DNA from: an uncultured Actinomycetota bacterium
GTDB lineage: Bacteria > Actinomycetota > Actinomycetes > UBA12327
Direction: 5' to 3'
DNA: 64,000 nt
Assembly (NCBI GenBank): GCA_963850215.1
Contig: CAWKKI010000004.1
Coordinates: 72,682 to 136,681 of the forward strand
The notes under the pieces were generated by a model. That model had not been told where the DNA came from. It did not search any database and saw nothing but the letters and a program-made list of their open reading frames with translations. A program made the position numbers and the translations under genes. Shown one piece after another: positions 16,701 through 25,423 of this stretch. Position 1 is the first letter of the stretch; each line of letters starts with the position of its first letter.

Positions 16701-17420
16701 CACGACATCGCCACTTGTGTTGGTGAAAGCCAGAGTGGAATCCGAATTGGACGACACACTCAACCCGGAGGTGTGAATCGGCAGCGCGAACACCGGCACG
16801 GTCGAGGGGCGGGCCTTGATCACCCACGACAACTCATACCCGGTGTCGCCCGCGATCACCTGCAAATCGATGTTCGGGGCCACGTTCGCGTACGTGGCGA
16901 TATTGCCGTCAACCGTCGGGACCGGCAACGAACCAGGCCAAGACACCGTGACACTCTTGCCGTCCTGCGACAGCCGGATCAGATCCCCTGTGCCCCCGTC
17001 GGACAACGACAATGCTGCGGTCGTCGCACCGGTATGAAGGCGACCATCCGAACTGTCACTTAAAGATTTGTCGACCTTGGCCCACGACCCATCGTTCGCG
17101 TGCACCCAGATCGGACCTGCTGAGGCTTGTAACGACAACGAACCGTCCGCATTCGCAAACGTCGACGACGTCGTTGTTCGATCGGCGACGATTTCAACCG
17201 GCGCGTTCTGACTCCGCGCCGCAATCATCGCCGACACCTCATCCGGCTCAGTCGTGACCTTCACCGCAGGTTTCGCCGCGGCAGACGCGGACTGTGCACC
17301 CGCCAACGAGACGGCAGGCACGATGGCCACGAGCACTGCCATGGACGTGATCGAGGCTGCGATCGACACGCGACGTGACGAGGATCGCGCAGAACCGAAC
17401 CGGCGACATGCAGAAGACAT
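10719..17420 (-). CDS. RHS/YD-repeat polymorphic toxin, intact (2233 aa)
   Basis: ORF track. The N-terminus is signal-peptide-like (SITSMAVLVAIVPAVSLAGAQSASA). There are many YD-type repeats (YTYDPTSGRLLTI, YTYDLYGHVLTETE, YNADGTLVSQTYPTG, FTYDNDGRLTQTQD). The core end is LMGDRLYNPILGRFLSLDPEVGGNENAYNYPDDPINNNDISGR, followed by a 127-aa C-terminal tip (10722..11102) that I do not recognise. Confidence 0.9.
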   Translation of the reverse strand: MSSACRRFGSARSSSRRVSIAASITSMAVLVAIVPAVSLAGAQSASAAAKPAVKVTTEPDEVSAMIAARSQNAPVEIVADRTTTSSTFANADGSLSLQASAGPIWVHANDGSWAKVDKSLSDSSDGRLHTGATTAALSLSDGGTGDLIRLSQDGKSVTVSWPGSLPVPTVDGNIATYANVAPNIDLQVIAGDTGYELSWVIKARPSTVPVFALPIHTSGLSVSSNSDSTLAFTNTSGDVVASGSPGAVFGADGAAAGDPLVAGAVAQGLATGSVSTVSASSSIPVAATPVSSATPSASPSPSSSPSVSTATSSSAAPSPSASISVGTAGPAVPGSLPSVSSLAAAFPGLSVVAPGTAMTSAVQLISPAESLLSGSVTYPVTVDPSTNFHDTADTYVDSATPSTTYDSADYLYTGKDGSAAKYRSFFTFPVPSTIVGTYIDSAYLQVYNSYSSTCSATAATINVSIPSTTWNSSTDWSNVPSAGTTVGSAQFVHNGPSCPGEAYQNITITPAAQDWANATYTAHQLEMYTEETDVYGYRQFYSDDIGSGAPAIYITYNHYPTLPTGLSPATGTYTASAPDLSAVVADQDGGSAYGRFYVKDVTGGTTTWVSSSSGSVGTTAASGGPSAYQVPGPLINGDHYQWQVKSEDYSGGVYMGSGLTAWQDFYADNTAPAIPTFSSSTFTSGGWVGKGATGSINWSDTSSDVTKYTYWIDGQQPITSSATSVSVLSNLPAGLHTLTVQALDRASNETTGTFTFGTGPGGIVTPAEAATTQLDVTLNTKAASGNNYVEYNYVRGVESSSSNPWSLVPVGDVKVPGGTGLSSWPYAASGGVYGQLTWNALSTLQTLLGKGNPVDGPLQIEACFATTSAGPFTNCSTPTDVTMATHTFSASAATTQLGPGTLSEVTGDFAVSATDASVFGMSVGRTFTTLSPSTNTSGATGIFGPGWVADIPGVDAGAGDETLADFASKGYATLTDSTGSVSTYDTSNTTYPYTFYGVGDADDGSVLTATRTGTSPAYAYSDTLTDTDGTVTTWTWDASTSQWEVASIAQPGGASTSYTYVNGQVVRILAPTPAGITCPAYPTPLVQGCQGLTLTYATSTTATAGTPGDFVGRLKSIQLNAWDPSTGAMASGAFIADYAYSTSGQLLQERDPRITPLLVTSYTYDPTSGRLLTITPPGQAAWTIDYYTGTDGTGADQAGMVADVKRTDPVNGVAEQVVEYGVGLSGSGQPDVTAATAASWDQTSDNALYGTAVFPASHAPSLFLASSTSWQPTSTEWPYASIDYIDANGRVVNSANNGGATGWNINSTGYDLAGNSVWSLSAQNRADALNATSGDGYVNDIATSAQRAALLSSTTTYSADESEVLSTLGPTHQVQLSTGVADAQAQTTNSYDASEPSGGPYRLLTQATMSPLVANGAAPGAADQRVTVTAYGGSDVYVNSSGAIQTDGTATGWTLRQPTSTTVRMGVGGASSSNDITSSTTYYDDGDTYATSQPASNGSDAGTTRTYYYVVGPETAAPECGSTGTGSNANAIEWAGLMCQQGPAAAPSSGGSSTLPTTVYTYDLYGHVLTETETSGSSTTRTTTNGYTDANSAGARLVSTSITTSGITTTAVPTRTLGYDSSTGLQTTVTDSTGTITTGYNAIGETTSYSAQGNTTSSGYDIDGNLTSRDDAHGATTYTVNATDSNGNAEHRGVVTAESVALLGGTATFKGSYNADGTLVSQTYPTGLVGSSTIDPDGAVTSQTYALTVAGSPPVTTPWMTFSITRDEFGQTVSQSSSESSQAFTYDNDGRLTQTQDSDGANGCTTRAYAFSASSSAQAADGNRTAYTEYPPASDGTCSTSTTPDSTSATYSYNTADQLTGTGISYDALGRTLGLPAGDVTGGAATAFTYYANDKSATITAGTGGSATAMSMALDPTDRFTQTTYTTGGTETRRTVNYFDGAGDAPAYITTSTNLGSTWTWQQYVDDLGGDMAIEANSTGTAELELSNPHGDLVATVPLDFASGAGIDCTNSANAADPSCVGPNSYSESTEFGLARGTDTQQSPYGWLGDKQRSNDAVAGIVLMGDRLYNPILGRFLSLDPEVGGNENAYNYPDDPINNNDISGRYTEREPGGEKNPTRIIGVWGRHPHLHGIVSFFSYRSWISSLAELGQRHFRRAIYDFLGESSNYTIPLAKLGERRLAKYLLFRVGSHLVDWPVGVLATLVDFYGSGLVFNPGCHRTGAGRFRVYRAPGC

Positions 17421-17714
17421 AAAGAAACTCCGGGTCAGTAGGGAGACCCGTCTGGTCGTCGGGGCGAGCGGACAATAGCACTATTTCGGGTGTATCGGTA
17501 AATTCGCCCAGCCAACCCACGAAACCACTCGAGGTGATCTCCCCCAAGCGGGCCCCCAGTTCGGCAGCGGATCGCTGGACGGTACAACGGAGTGTGGTCC
17601 TTTGCCCGTTGAAGTGACGACGACGTAAAGAATCTTAGAAATGCTTGGGGGATAGCCAGCGGCTTGCTACATAGGAGGCAGCGTCCAGAGACCACGCTCT
17701 GGGGTAGCCGAACG

Positions 17715-17833
17715 GATTGTCAGGGACGGGAAAGGCCGTGCTAGCTGGCTAAGAGCACTTCCCTCTACCGCGGCCCGAACCAGCACCGCTGCACTCTCAC
17801 CCGAACTGGACCGAAACTTGGGGGGCCGGACAC
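17715..17833 (+). repeat. long direct repeat, copy 2 (85-nt core 17715..17799 plus IS-end-like motif 17796..17833)
   Basis: Matches 2436..2520 with about 4 mismatches. It continues with cccgaactggaccgaaacttggggggccggacac. Confidence 0.85.
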
Positions 17834-18032
17834 CAACGAATGCTCCAACGCCCGCAGTCGGTGCGCCTCATCCTCCTTCAGCGCCCCGTACTTCGTGCGC
17901 CACCGATAAACGTCTGCTCCGAAACGCCGAGCCGCTTGAACACCTGCGGGATCGTGTGACCCTGCCCCGCAGCTTCTCAGCCTCACGAAGCTTCGCCACG
18001 ATCTGCTCAGTCGAATAACGCTTACCAGGCAT
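17834..18032 (-). mobile_element. IS3-family OrfA remnant (two frameshifts, truncated)
   Basis: From ATG 18032: MPGKRYSTEQIVAKLREAEKL, then in shifted frames GQGHTIPQVFKRLGVSEQTF and YRWRTKYGALKEDEAHRLRALEH. This is the canonical IS3 OrfA HTH. It ends abruptly at the repeat 17796..17833, and no OrfB is present. Confidence 0.65.
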
Positions 18033-18068
18033 CCCCACCCCCACAGACGGTCACAACACTCGCGGCAC

Positions 18069-18106
18069 TCTCACACGAAATGGACCGACACAGGGGTACG
18101 CGACAG
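18069..18106 (+). repeat. IS-end-like motif, copy D (ctcacacgaaatggaccgacacaggggtacgcgaca)
   Basis: It lies just outside the IS3 OrfA remnant's start, consistent with a left terminal repeat of that element when read on the minus strand. Confidence 0.5.
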
Positions 18107-18111
18107 ACAGG

Positions 18112-18678
18112 TTACCGCTCGGGCACAACACATGATTCATTTGCATTTGCCTCGATAAGCAATGAGTGGCGGCCATCGGCCAGGACCGTAGTGGAAGGTA
18201 GTTTAACGGCGAATCCACCGGTGGGGATTTGGCCAAATGAGAAAGTCTCTACGGGGACCATCGAACGCACGACCATGGTCACTTTAGCCTGCCTCGTAAC
18301 ATACCCCCGGACATTAACCGCATCGCCCTTCCTGGACCACGAATATTTGGAAGGATCGCACGGGCGAGCGCCGCCCGTGGGCGAAGCAGCCGCATAGACA
18401 AGGACAGTGGACGAGCTTGATGTCCTCGCGGGGCTTTGGCCCACCTGAAATCCCGGCGTGCCCAGATCGTCAATGCACCGAGTTCCTGCGGGGAGATATT
18501 TACAGGCACCCTCAGGGGAACTCGACGGTGAACTCGTCAAGGTGGGTGAGGGACTTCTCAGAAGAGCTGCTGACTGCTGCGACGCGCAGCCCGTGGAAGC
18601 GAGGCAGACTAAGATCGCGCTGAGCCTGCAAACCCACTGCCACCATGACAGGCGCCCGTTGGCTCGAGGCCTCACCAC
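18112..18678 (-). CDS. putative secreted/lipoprotein; immunity candidate for RHS2
   Basis: ORF track 18112..18771, trimmed to GTG 18678, which gives MVRPRANGRLSWWQWVCRLSAILVCLASTGCASQQ (basic n-region, hydrophobic core, Cys after STG). That start overlaps the stop of the RHS2 tip frame (18672) by 7 nt. Confidence 0.4.
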   Translation of the reverse strand: MVRPRANGRLSWWQWVCRLSAILVCLASTGCASQQSAALLRSPSPTLTSSPSSSPEGACKYLPAGTRCIDDLGTPGFQVGQSPARTSSSSTVLVYAAASPTGGARPCDPSKYSWSRKGDAVNVRGYVTRQAKVTMVVRSMVPVETFSFGQIPTGGFAVKLPSTTVLADGRHSLLIEANANESCVVPER

Positions 18679-21600
18679 GGCTCCCACACCCGTGCCGGCA
18701 CAGATTTGAATGTATATACCTGAAGTGGGTACGCGCCGTCTGGGGTCAGCCTGGCACACTCCTCGAAACAAACCTCAATGTCCGCATATGACGAAGTGAC
18801 CGTCATAAATGACCAATTGAATGCGTCGGAATGGATTTCGACTGAATCGCCAGGCCTCAATTCATAACTGAATTTCCTCGAGAATGAGCCGCTGTACACC
18901 TTGCCAGAGACGTCGCCCCAGCTTAATCCATTAGCCACCAAGAGCCAAAGAATTGACCCGAAATTGGCGACAAACTTGTACCGCCGTTGCCCGCATATAG
19001 ATGACACGTTTCGTGGCTGCACGACCCACCGACGCGGACGCGTACCCAGAGTGTTGTTAGAACCCAATGGCCGCCGGAACCGCCACCGTTCGGCGGTTCG
19101 GTCGTCTCGCCTGACAGGTCCGATCCCGTAACGGGATTCTGGTTGACGTAGTCGTAGGCGTTTGCGCTGCCTTCGAATATCGGGTCAGGCGAGTCGAAGC
19201 GCCCGATGTTGGAGTTGTAGGCGCGCCGCCCCATGAGGATGGTTCCGCCGAGGGCGGCACCGGATCGCTGGTTTCCCCCAGGTAACCGTAGGCACCCGGC
19301 GCCGAAGAGGTTGGTTCGGGAGTGCCGAATTCCGTGTAGGTGTATGTGGCGGTCGGAGCGGTGTCGCTCGACGGGTTGACGGTGGCCACAACGTCACCAC
19401 GCAGGTCGGTCAACTGGAGGCTCACCGCGCCCGATTGGGTCACTTGGGCACCCAGGGTGCCATCAAGACCCGTGACGTCGGCGGTCCAGACGCTGTTTGT
19501 TGTCGTCCAGCTTGGTGAATCCCCAGGATCAGAATAGTCCGTGACGGTCGTGTAGCCGGTTGTTGAGTTTGTTTGACTGGTGTACCGAGACAAACTGCCG
19601 TCGAGGCTGTAAGTGTCGGTGGTGGATCCTTGGGTTTGGGTGTTCAGCATGCCATTGCCGTAGTAACTGGCGCTCAACGCTCCGGCCCCCCAGCATCCGC
19701 CGCGGGCGTCACGGTGACGTCGCCCTGAGTGTCGTAGGTGTAGGGACTGGTCGTGCCAGCAATGGTGCTCGAGGCCAGCCTGTCTGCCGAGTCGTAGTTG
19801 TAGCTTTCGTTCGAGGCGCTGGTGGTGTTTGGCACCCGCCCCCTGTTGCAGCGTTATAGACGGTAAGTGTCGTGCGGTTGGAGTCGGAGTCGTATCCGTA
19901 GGCTCGTGTTGTGCACGAAGTGGCGTAGGTGTCTTGCACGCTGGTCAGGCGATCAGCGACGTCATAGGTGTAAGTCTTGGAGTCGTTCGGCGTGCTTTCG
20001 TTGGTCCAGTCGCCTTGCGCGTTGGCGGATACGGCGTCGCTGATGGAACTTGCCCATTTGAGTTGGAGTACGTCAACTGGGTTGGCGTGCCCGTTGCATC
20101 GATCGTGTATGTGGCAACTGTGCCGTCTGGGTACGTTTGATTCTGAATCTCGGTATCGGGGTCGTAGGTCGCGGTGAATGTGCCGGCCAATTGGTCGACT
20201 TCCTTAACCGGCTGTCCACCGGGTGAATACGTCATGGTGTCGACATCGTGGGGCGTCGTGCGCGTCGCGACCTGACCGTTGAGGTTGTAGGTGTAGCTAG
20301 TCGCCTGGTTGTTGGCGTCCGTGTATGTGACCCCTTGGCCGAAGTCGTCGTATGCGGTTTTGATGTCACTCGTCACGGTGCCAGAAGAGTTAAGCGTTTC
20401 GGCGTCGGTCGGCAATCCGCTGTTGCCGCTGTAGACCGCCGCAGTCCTCGGCGGCGCGGCACCCATTCCAGTTCCCATCATCGTCACCGTCTGTCCCGTG
20501 GGCCGATTCAGCGAGTCGTAGCCCGAGCTGATGGTTTCGGTACCCGTAGTGCCGTACGTCTTGGTCTGAGTCAGCACGGTCAAGTAGTCGCTATAGGTGA
20601 AGGTCACGGTAGGAATGGCGCTGGTGTCGGCGGGCTGCGCGGCCGGAGAGACTTGGCATTTCAGATTCGCCCACTCGGGTTTGTTTCCGCAGGAGGCGAC
20701 CTGGCTGTTGGTGGAGGCCGTGTAGTAGACGATGTGGGTGTCTCCGGCTGTTCCACCGGTGGGATCTGAGGGTTGGTCCTGGTCGATGACGAGGTTGTCG
20801 CCGTTGTAGAGCGACGAGTTCTCGTTGTAGGCGACAGTCGAGGCCAGGTTCAAACCATTGGGATCCGTAATGGTTTGCAGTGGCGTGCCCAGGGTCCAGC
20901 CGGTGTTGTCCGAACCTGCCGTGTAGACGTACTTCGTGGTTCGAGTATCCGCGGTGGAAGATCCTGGAATCGACGAGCCAACGCTTGCCGAAGTGGTTGT
21001 GCTCGTCGGAAGCATGTAGGGATTCCCGTTAACGTTCGTGTCGCTGTTGGGCGCTCCGGCATCGTACGTGATCGCGGTATGGGTGCGACCCCCTTCAACC
21101 ACCCCGTCAACGTTGATGGTGTGCGTTGGTGAGTAGCTGTCGGTCTCGACTTGGTAGGACTGATCCGCGCTCGTGCAGGCGCCGATGGTGCCGTAGTTGT
21201 CGCAGGCGAAGAGGTTGATGGTGCTCAGCGACAGTGCGGTGGCGGCCGGGGAGCCCGAGTTTAGTGCGGTGGCACGGTCAGCGGCCAACAGCGTCGAAGT
21301 GACATTGCCGTATGCGTCGTACTGGGTTGTGGTCACGGCCCATGCTCCATTTACATACGCGGCGGTATTGACCTGATGACCTGACGCGTCGAAGTAGTCG
21401 ACGGTGGCGTACTGATAGTCGGTCTGGGTAGGCGACGCTGTCGAGCTTGGTACGTATCCACCGGGCCAAACCGCGACCGCAGAGGTTGGCGTATCGGTCT
21501 GGTTCCAGGTCGCGGCTGTGGTTCCGTCCATGTTCACCGGGCCACCAGCCGACGACGGTGAGGGGGACGGCGTAGTCGATGGTGTTTGTCGCGGTCGTTC

Positions 21601-24600
21601 CGCCGTAGGTCGATGAGTGAGTTCGCGACACGGAGACGAGTTTTCCGTAGTTCACGTCGGTTGCGGTGTCGTCGTAGGTGAAAGTCCACGCGGCGAAGGC
21701 GCCGGATGAGCTGGCCTGGGCTGGGGAGTAGGCGGTGATGCGCCCGTAGTCGGCGTCAGTGCTCGTCTCATCGTAGGTGTACCCGGAAGCCAGGGGGGTG
21801 GACAGTCGCGGGTCCCACTCGCTGGTCAGTCGACCGCTGGAGTCGAAGGTGTATTTCGCGACGACGACGTCGTGGTAGGTGGCCGAGTTGTCGACGTACA
21901 CGAAGTCGATTTGCGACACCGCTGTGGCGGCGTTGTACGTAAATGACAGACCACGGCAGCCGGCCGTCCAGGTGGTGGAGGACGGCGGGTTCGGGCAGAT
22001 AGTGGTAGACGCGCTCGTCGAGGTGGGATCGGGCGCGTCTACCAGCAACGGGTGCCCCGCCGTGTTGTAGACAATCCCTGTCGAGCTTGAGGTCCCGGGT
22101 GACGTGATCGTGGCTGGCAAATAGTTGCCCGCACCGGATGAATAATTGAACGCGGTGATGTTGTTCGAGGCGTCGACCAGGCTGAAGGTGTTGGTGGTCG
22201 TGTTCTTGGTCAAGGACAGGCCGGCAGTCACCGCATTGGCGTCCGCCGTGTAGGAGACGGTGGATCCGCTAGTCGAGGCTTGCGTGAAGGTGTACGTAGA
22301 CCCATCCGCGGCGGTCAATACCGCATACGAGCTGTCGTCCGTTACAGAGGTATAGCTCGTCGCTTGGGTGGATCCGATCCCCGACACCCAGCCGGGTCCG
22401 AAGATTCCTGTTGCCGAAGGATTGACCGAGTTGAACGTGCGCGACACCAGTAGGTCGGCGCCGTAGGACGGTATGTCGACGTCGGCCGTTGAAAGGGCCG
22501 CGTTGCCCGATTGCAATCCGACGGTAACGGGTCCCGAGCTTGTAGTGCCGAAGTCGACGCCCGACCCGGTGCGTGACAGGGTCACCGACACCGGTGGGGT
22601 GGTGAGCGTGGGGCCTGTCGAGTTGGAGAAGACGGCTTCCACTTGAACCAAGCCGTCATTGGCGATGGTGCGATTCACGTACCAGGTCAGTGTGCCGGTT
22701 TGCACTCCGGCCGCGTTTGTAGTCGTGGCGGTGGGCCAGGTCACGTTGCAGCCACATGAGTCAACCGTCACGTGGTTCGGGATCGTCGTGAAGCTGCCCG
22801 TCGTGCCGAGTCGGTACTGAAAAGTTGCACCAGTGTAGGAACCGGGAACAGCTGCTTGCAGGCTGACCGACGCGGCGGTCTGGCTTCCGTCTGATGGCGC
22901 GAGCATGGCGCCGCTGGTCCCCACGCCGAATACATACGTCTTCGATGCTCCGTTGACGTTGGCGTCGTCAACAGCGGTGACGGTGAGCGTGTACAGGCCA
23001 TTGCTTGTGGGATTGAGGTTGAAGGTGCCGCTCGAACCGGTGACCCAGGACCACACCGGACTGCCGGATCCGTTCTGCAATTCGGTCGTGTAGCCCTCAA
23101 CCAGCGTCGTGGTGTCAGAGAATGAACAGGTTGTCCCGCCCGAGATGAGGGCGGTCCAAGCACCAGCCGGGTAGCCGCTACACGTGACGGTGGGAGCAAC
23201 AGGTGCTGTCGCATCGGTGGTGAACGACTGTGCCGATGTCCACGGCCCATACACCGTTCCGTCATACGGCCGAATGTAAAGCTGATACGTCGTGTTGTTG
23301 CTGAGCGCAGTAGTTGTGGCCAGCGAGCCTGTCGCGCCCGAGGCGAAATAACCGCTCGTGACATCCTCGATGACCGTTGAGCCCTGCTGGACCTTGAATT
23401 CGTACTCCAGCGGGTTGCTCAGCGGGTCGTACGCGTGGGCCTGCAGCGTCGGGGTCAGCGACGAGGTGTACAGGCCGCCATTCGCAGCCCAGTTCTGCGG
23501 ACTTAGCCCCAGGCTGTCCGCCCCGTACGGTGCTTGGTCGTAAGTGATGGACAGAGTTGGGGAAGGACCGAACTCAACAAACTGGTTGCCGTTGGTCTCA
23601 CTCGAGTTGATGAGACCCAGGGTGAACTGCCAACCGTTGGCCTGCAGGTCGGTTTGCACCCAGGACGCGACGTTGATCGGGACCGCCAGATTCGGGCTGG
23701 TCGAAGCGGTGGTGAAGTTCACCGCCGTTGGGCCGGCGATCGAAGTCGGCGGACTGCTCCAGCTAGTAGTTGACGTCGCCTGACTCGTGTAGCTGGCATT
23801 GATGGTGTGATTGATCGAACTATTGGTGAATGTCGTAACGGCGGTTGCCGTGACTGTTGCTGACAGGACTTGCGTCGTCGGGCCCTGCGCAGCGGTCGGT
23901 AGCCCAAAGACGTAGTAGCCGCGGTCGATCCCGCCCCCGTCATAGCCCACGGACACATTCCCGTTGTACGTGGCGTTCAGCTCCTCGGCGGTCGGATACG
24001 CAGACTGGGTCTCGTCATAGGCCGTCCACGACTGCGCCACTGTGTAGGAGGGGTCGATGATCACCGGGAACGTCGTTGACGGCGAGTTCAGCAGAGCCGT
24101 TGGCGCTTGCATGGTTGCCGTGGTTCCCGAGTAGGTCACGGCCACGGCCACCGGCTTGGGGTTGGCTGATGAATCCCACGCCCGAGGCGCGGGAGAGGTG
24201 AACACAATCTGACCGTCGGCATTCTTGACCGTGACGTTGCCCGACGCATCGGCGCTTTGGCTCAATCCCTTACTCAGGGCCGAGCTCAGCACCAACCGCG
24301 CCAACCCTGGATTGCTGGCCGCCTGAGGCGTTTCGACAACGAGGCTGTCTTCGAATCCGCCCGACGTGTCGGCCGTGACGACGAGGTTGACGCCGGGGAG
24401 AACATTCGCGTAGTTGGCCGATGGCCCGGACACCGTGGGGACCGGCAGTACGGTCGGCCACGACACGGTCCATGAGCCCTTTGGTGTCGTGACGTTAGCC
24501 AGCGAAGTGTTGTTGCCGGCCGACAACCTCAGGCCGTCCTCGGCCGCCGCGGGCGAAAAGGTCCCGTCCGAAATTGGCAACGAGATCGGCATCGGCTGCG

Positions 24601-24929
24601 ACCCACGAACCGTTTCGCTGTACCCATCGCGGTGTCGGCGTGGACGTGTAGGTCCGCGTGCCATCGCTATTAACGCTCACCTGAGAATAGGCCGTCTGAT
24701 CGGCATCGATGTCTACTGCTTTGCCGCATTCCTTGGCCAACATCGTCGCCGTCACGGCGTCCACCGCGGCGCTGGCAGCACACGCGGCGGCCTTCGCGCT
24801 GCTTGTCGCCGTTGCCTGCGTCGCGGCTTGGGCCGTCCCCACGCCGCCTGCGACGAGCGCCAGACACAGCCCGCCGATGAGCCAAATGCGGCGGTTTGCA
24901 GCTCCGATGGGACCGCGACGCAGATTCAT
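18672..24929 (-). pseudogene. second RHS/YD-repeat gene, broken by about five single-nt frameshifts
   Basis: Collinear fragments in different frames: 24929..~24590 (signal peptide MNLRRGPIGAANRRIWLIGGLCLALVAGGVGTAQA), 21278..24664, 19945..21537, 19057..19677, 18923..19234 (core end YNSNIGRFDSPDPIFEGSANAYDYVNQNPVTGSDLSGE) and 18672..19067 (low-GC tip). The fragments are paralogous to RHS1 (for example SWPTVLPVPTVSGPSANYANV versus SWPGSLPVPTVDGNIATYANV). Confidence 0.8.
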
Positions 24930-25148
24930 GAATTCCCCTTGGGTTTCGAATCGCACCTCGTGCGAACAACTCCCGCACGCAGCGAACCCAATCGGTGAAA
25001 CACGGGTCATGTCAAGCAAATACACACTATTTGTGACTTGCGTGTACATCGTGACATTCTGTTTGGATCGTCTGGGCGAACCGCGGGCCCAGTTCCGACG
25101 CATCCGTTCGGTTCTAGGCCCGCGGCGCTGGGCTGACCAGGGGACGGG

Positions 25149-25280
25149 TCAGCAGCAGTTCGGCCAATCCAAGGGGTGAACCTTGGGCACGGTCATCGCA
25201 CTGGCACCGGAGGTGGCCACCCCGCTCAAGCTTCCGGCCAGCAACAGGGTGATCAGAATCGCCAGAACCCGGGATTTCAT
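25149..25280 (-). CDS. unannotated small secreted-peptide ORF (43 aa): MKSRVLAILITLLLAGSLSGVATSGASAMTVPKVHPLDWPNCC
   Basis: Found by hand because it is below the ORF-track size cutoff. ATG 25280 has GGAGGAG 8 nt upstream. It has a classic signal peptide with an ASA cleavage-type motif, leaving a ~15-aa C-terminal peptide ending in CC. It is co-directional with and 220 nt upstream of the RHS2 start, and divergent from the HTH-TPR regulator. Confidence 0.5.
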   Translation of the reverse strand: MKSRVLAILITLLLAGSLSGVATSGASAMTVPKVHPLDWPNCC

Positions 25281-25423
25281 GACTCGCTCCTCCACTCGAC
25301 AACACGGATGATGTGATGTCTAGTGGATCGACTACACAAAGTGTGTGTCTTGGAGTTGAACAACACACGTGTCGGGCTCTCACAGGTACGGTGCCGGAAC
25401 GGCCGACCTGGAGAGGAACGGGC

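Noticed and set aside
10904-17063. Dozens of 60-230-aa ORFs, on either strand and in alternative frames, overlapping RHS1 (similarly 19185..24475 overlapping RHS2)
   Set aside because: These are typical spurious open frames in high-GC DNA. Their compositions are dominated by Arg, Pro, Gly and Ser, and they overlap a 2233-aa gene with clear repeat structure.
17465-17510. Sigma-70-like promoter for RHS1 (TTACCG - 18 nt - TATTGT on the minus strand)
   Set aside because: Only a loose hexamer match in a 300-nt region. Actinobacterial promoters are too degenerate to call without transcript data.
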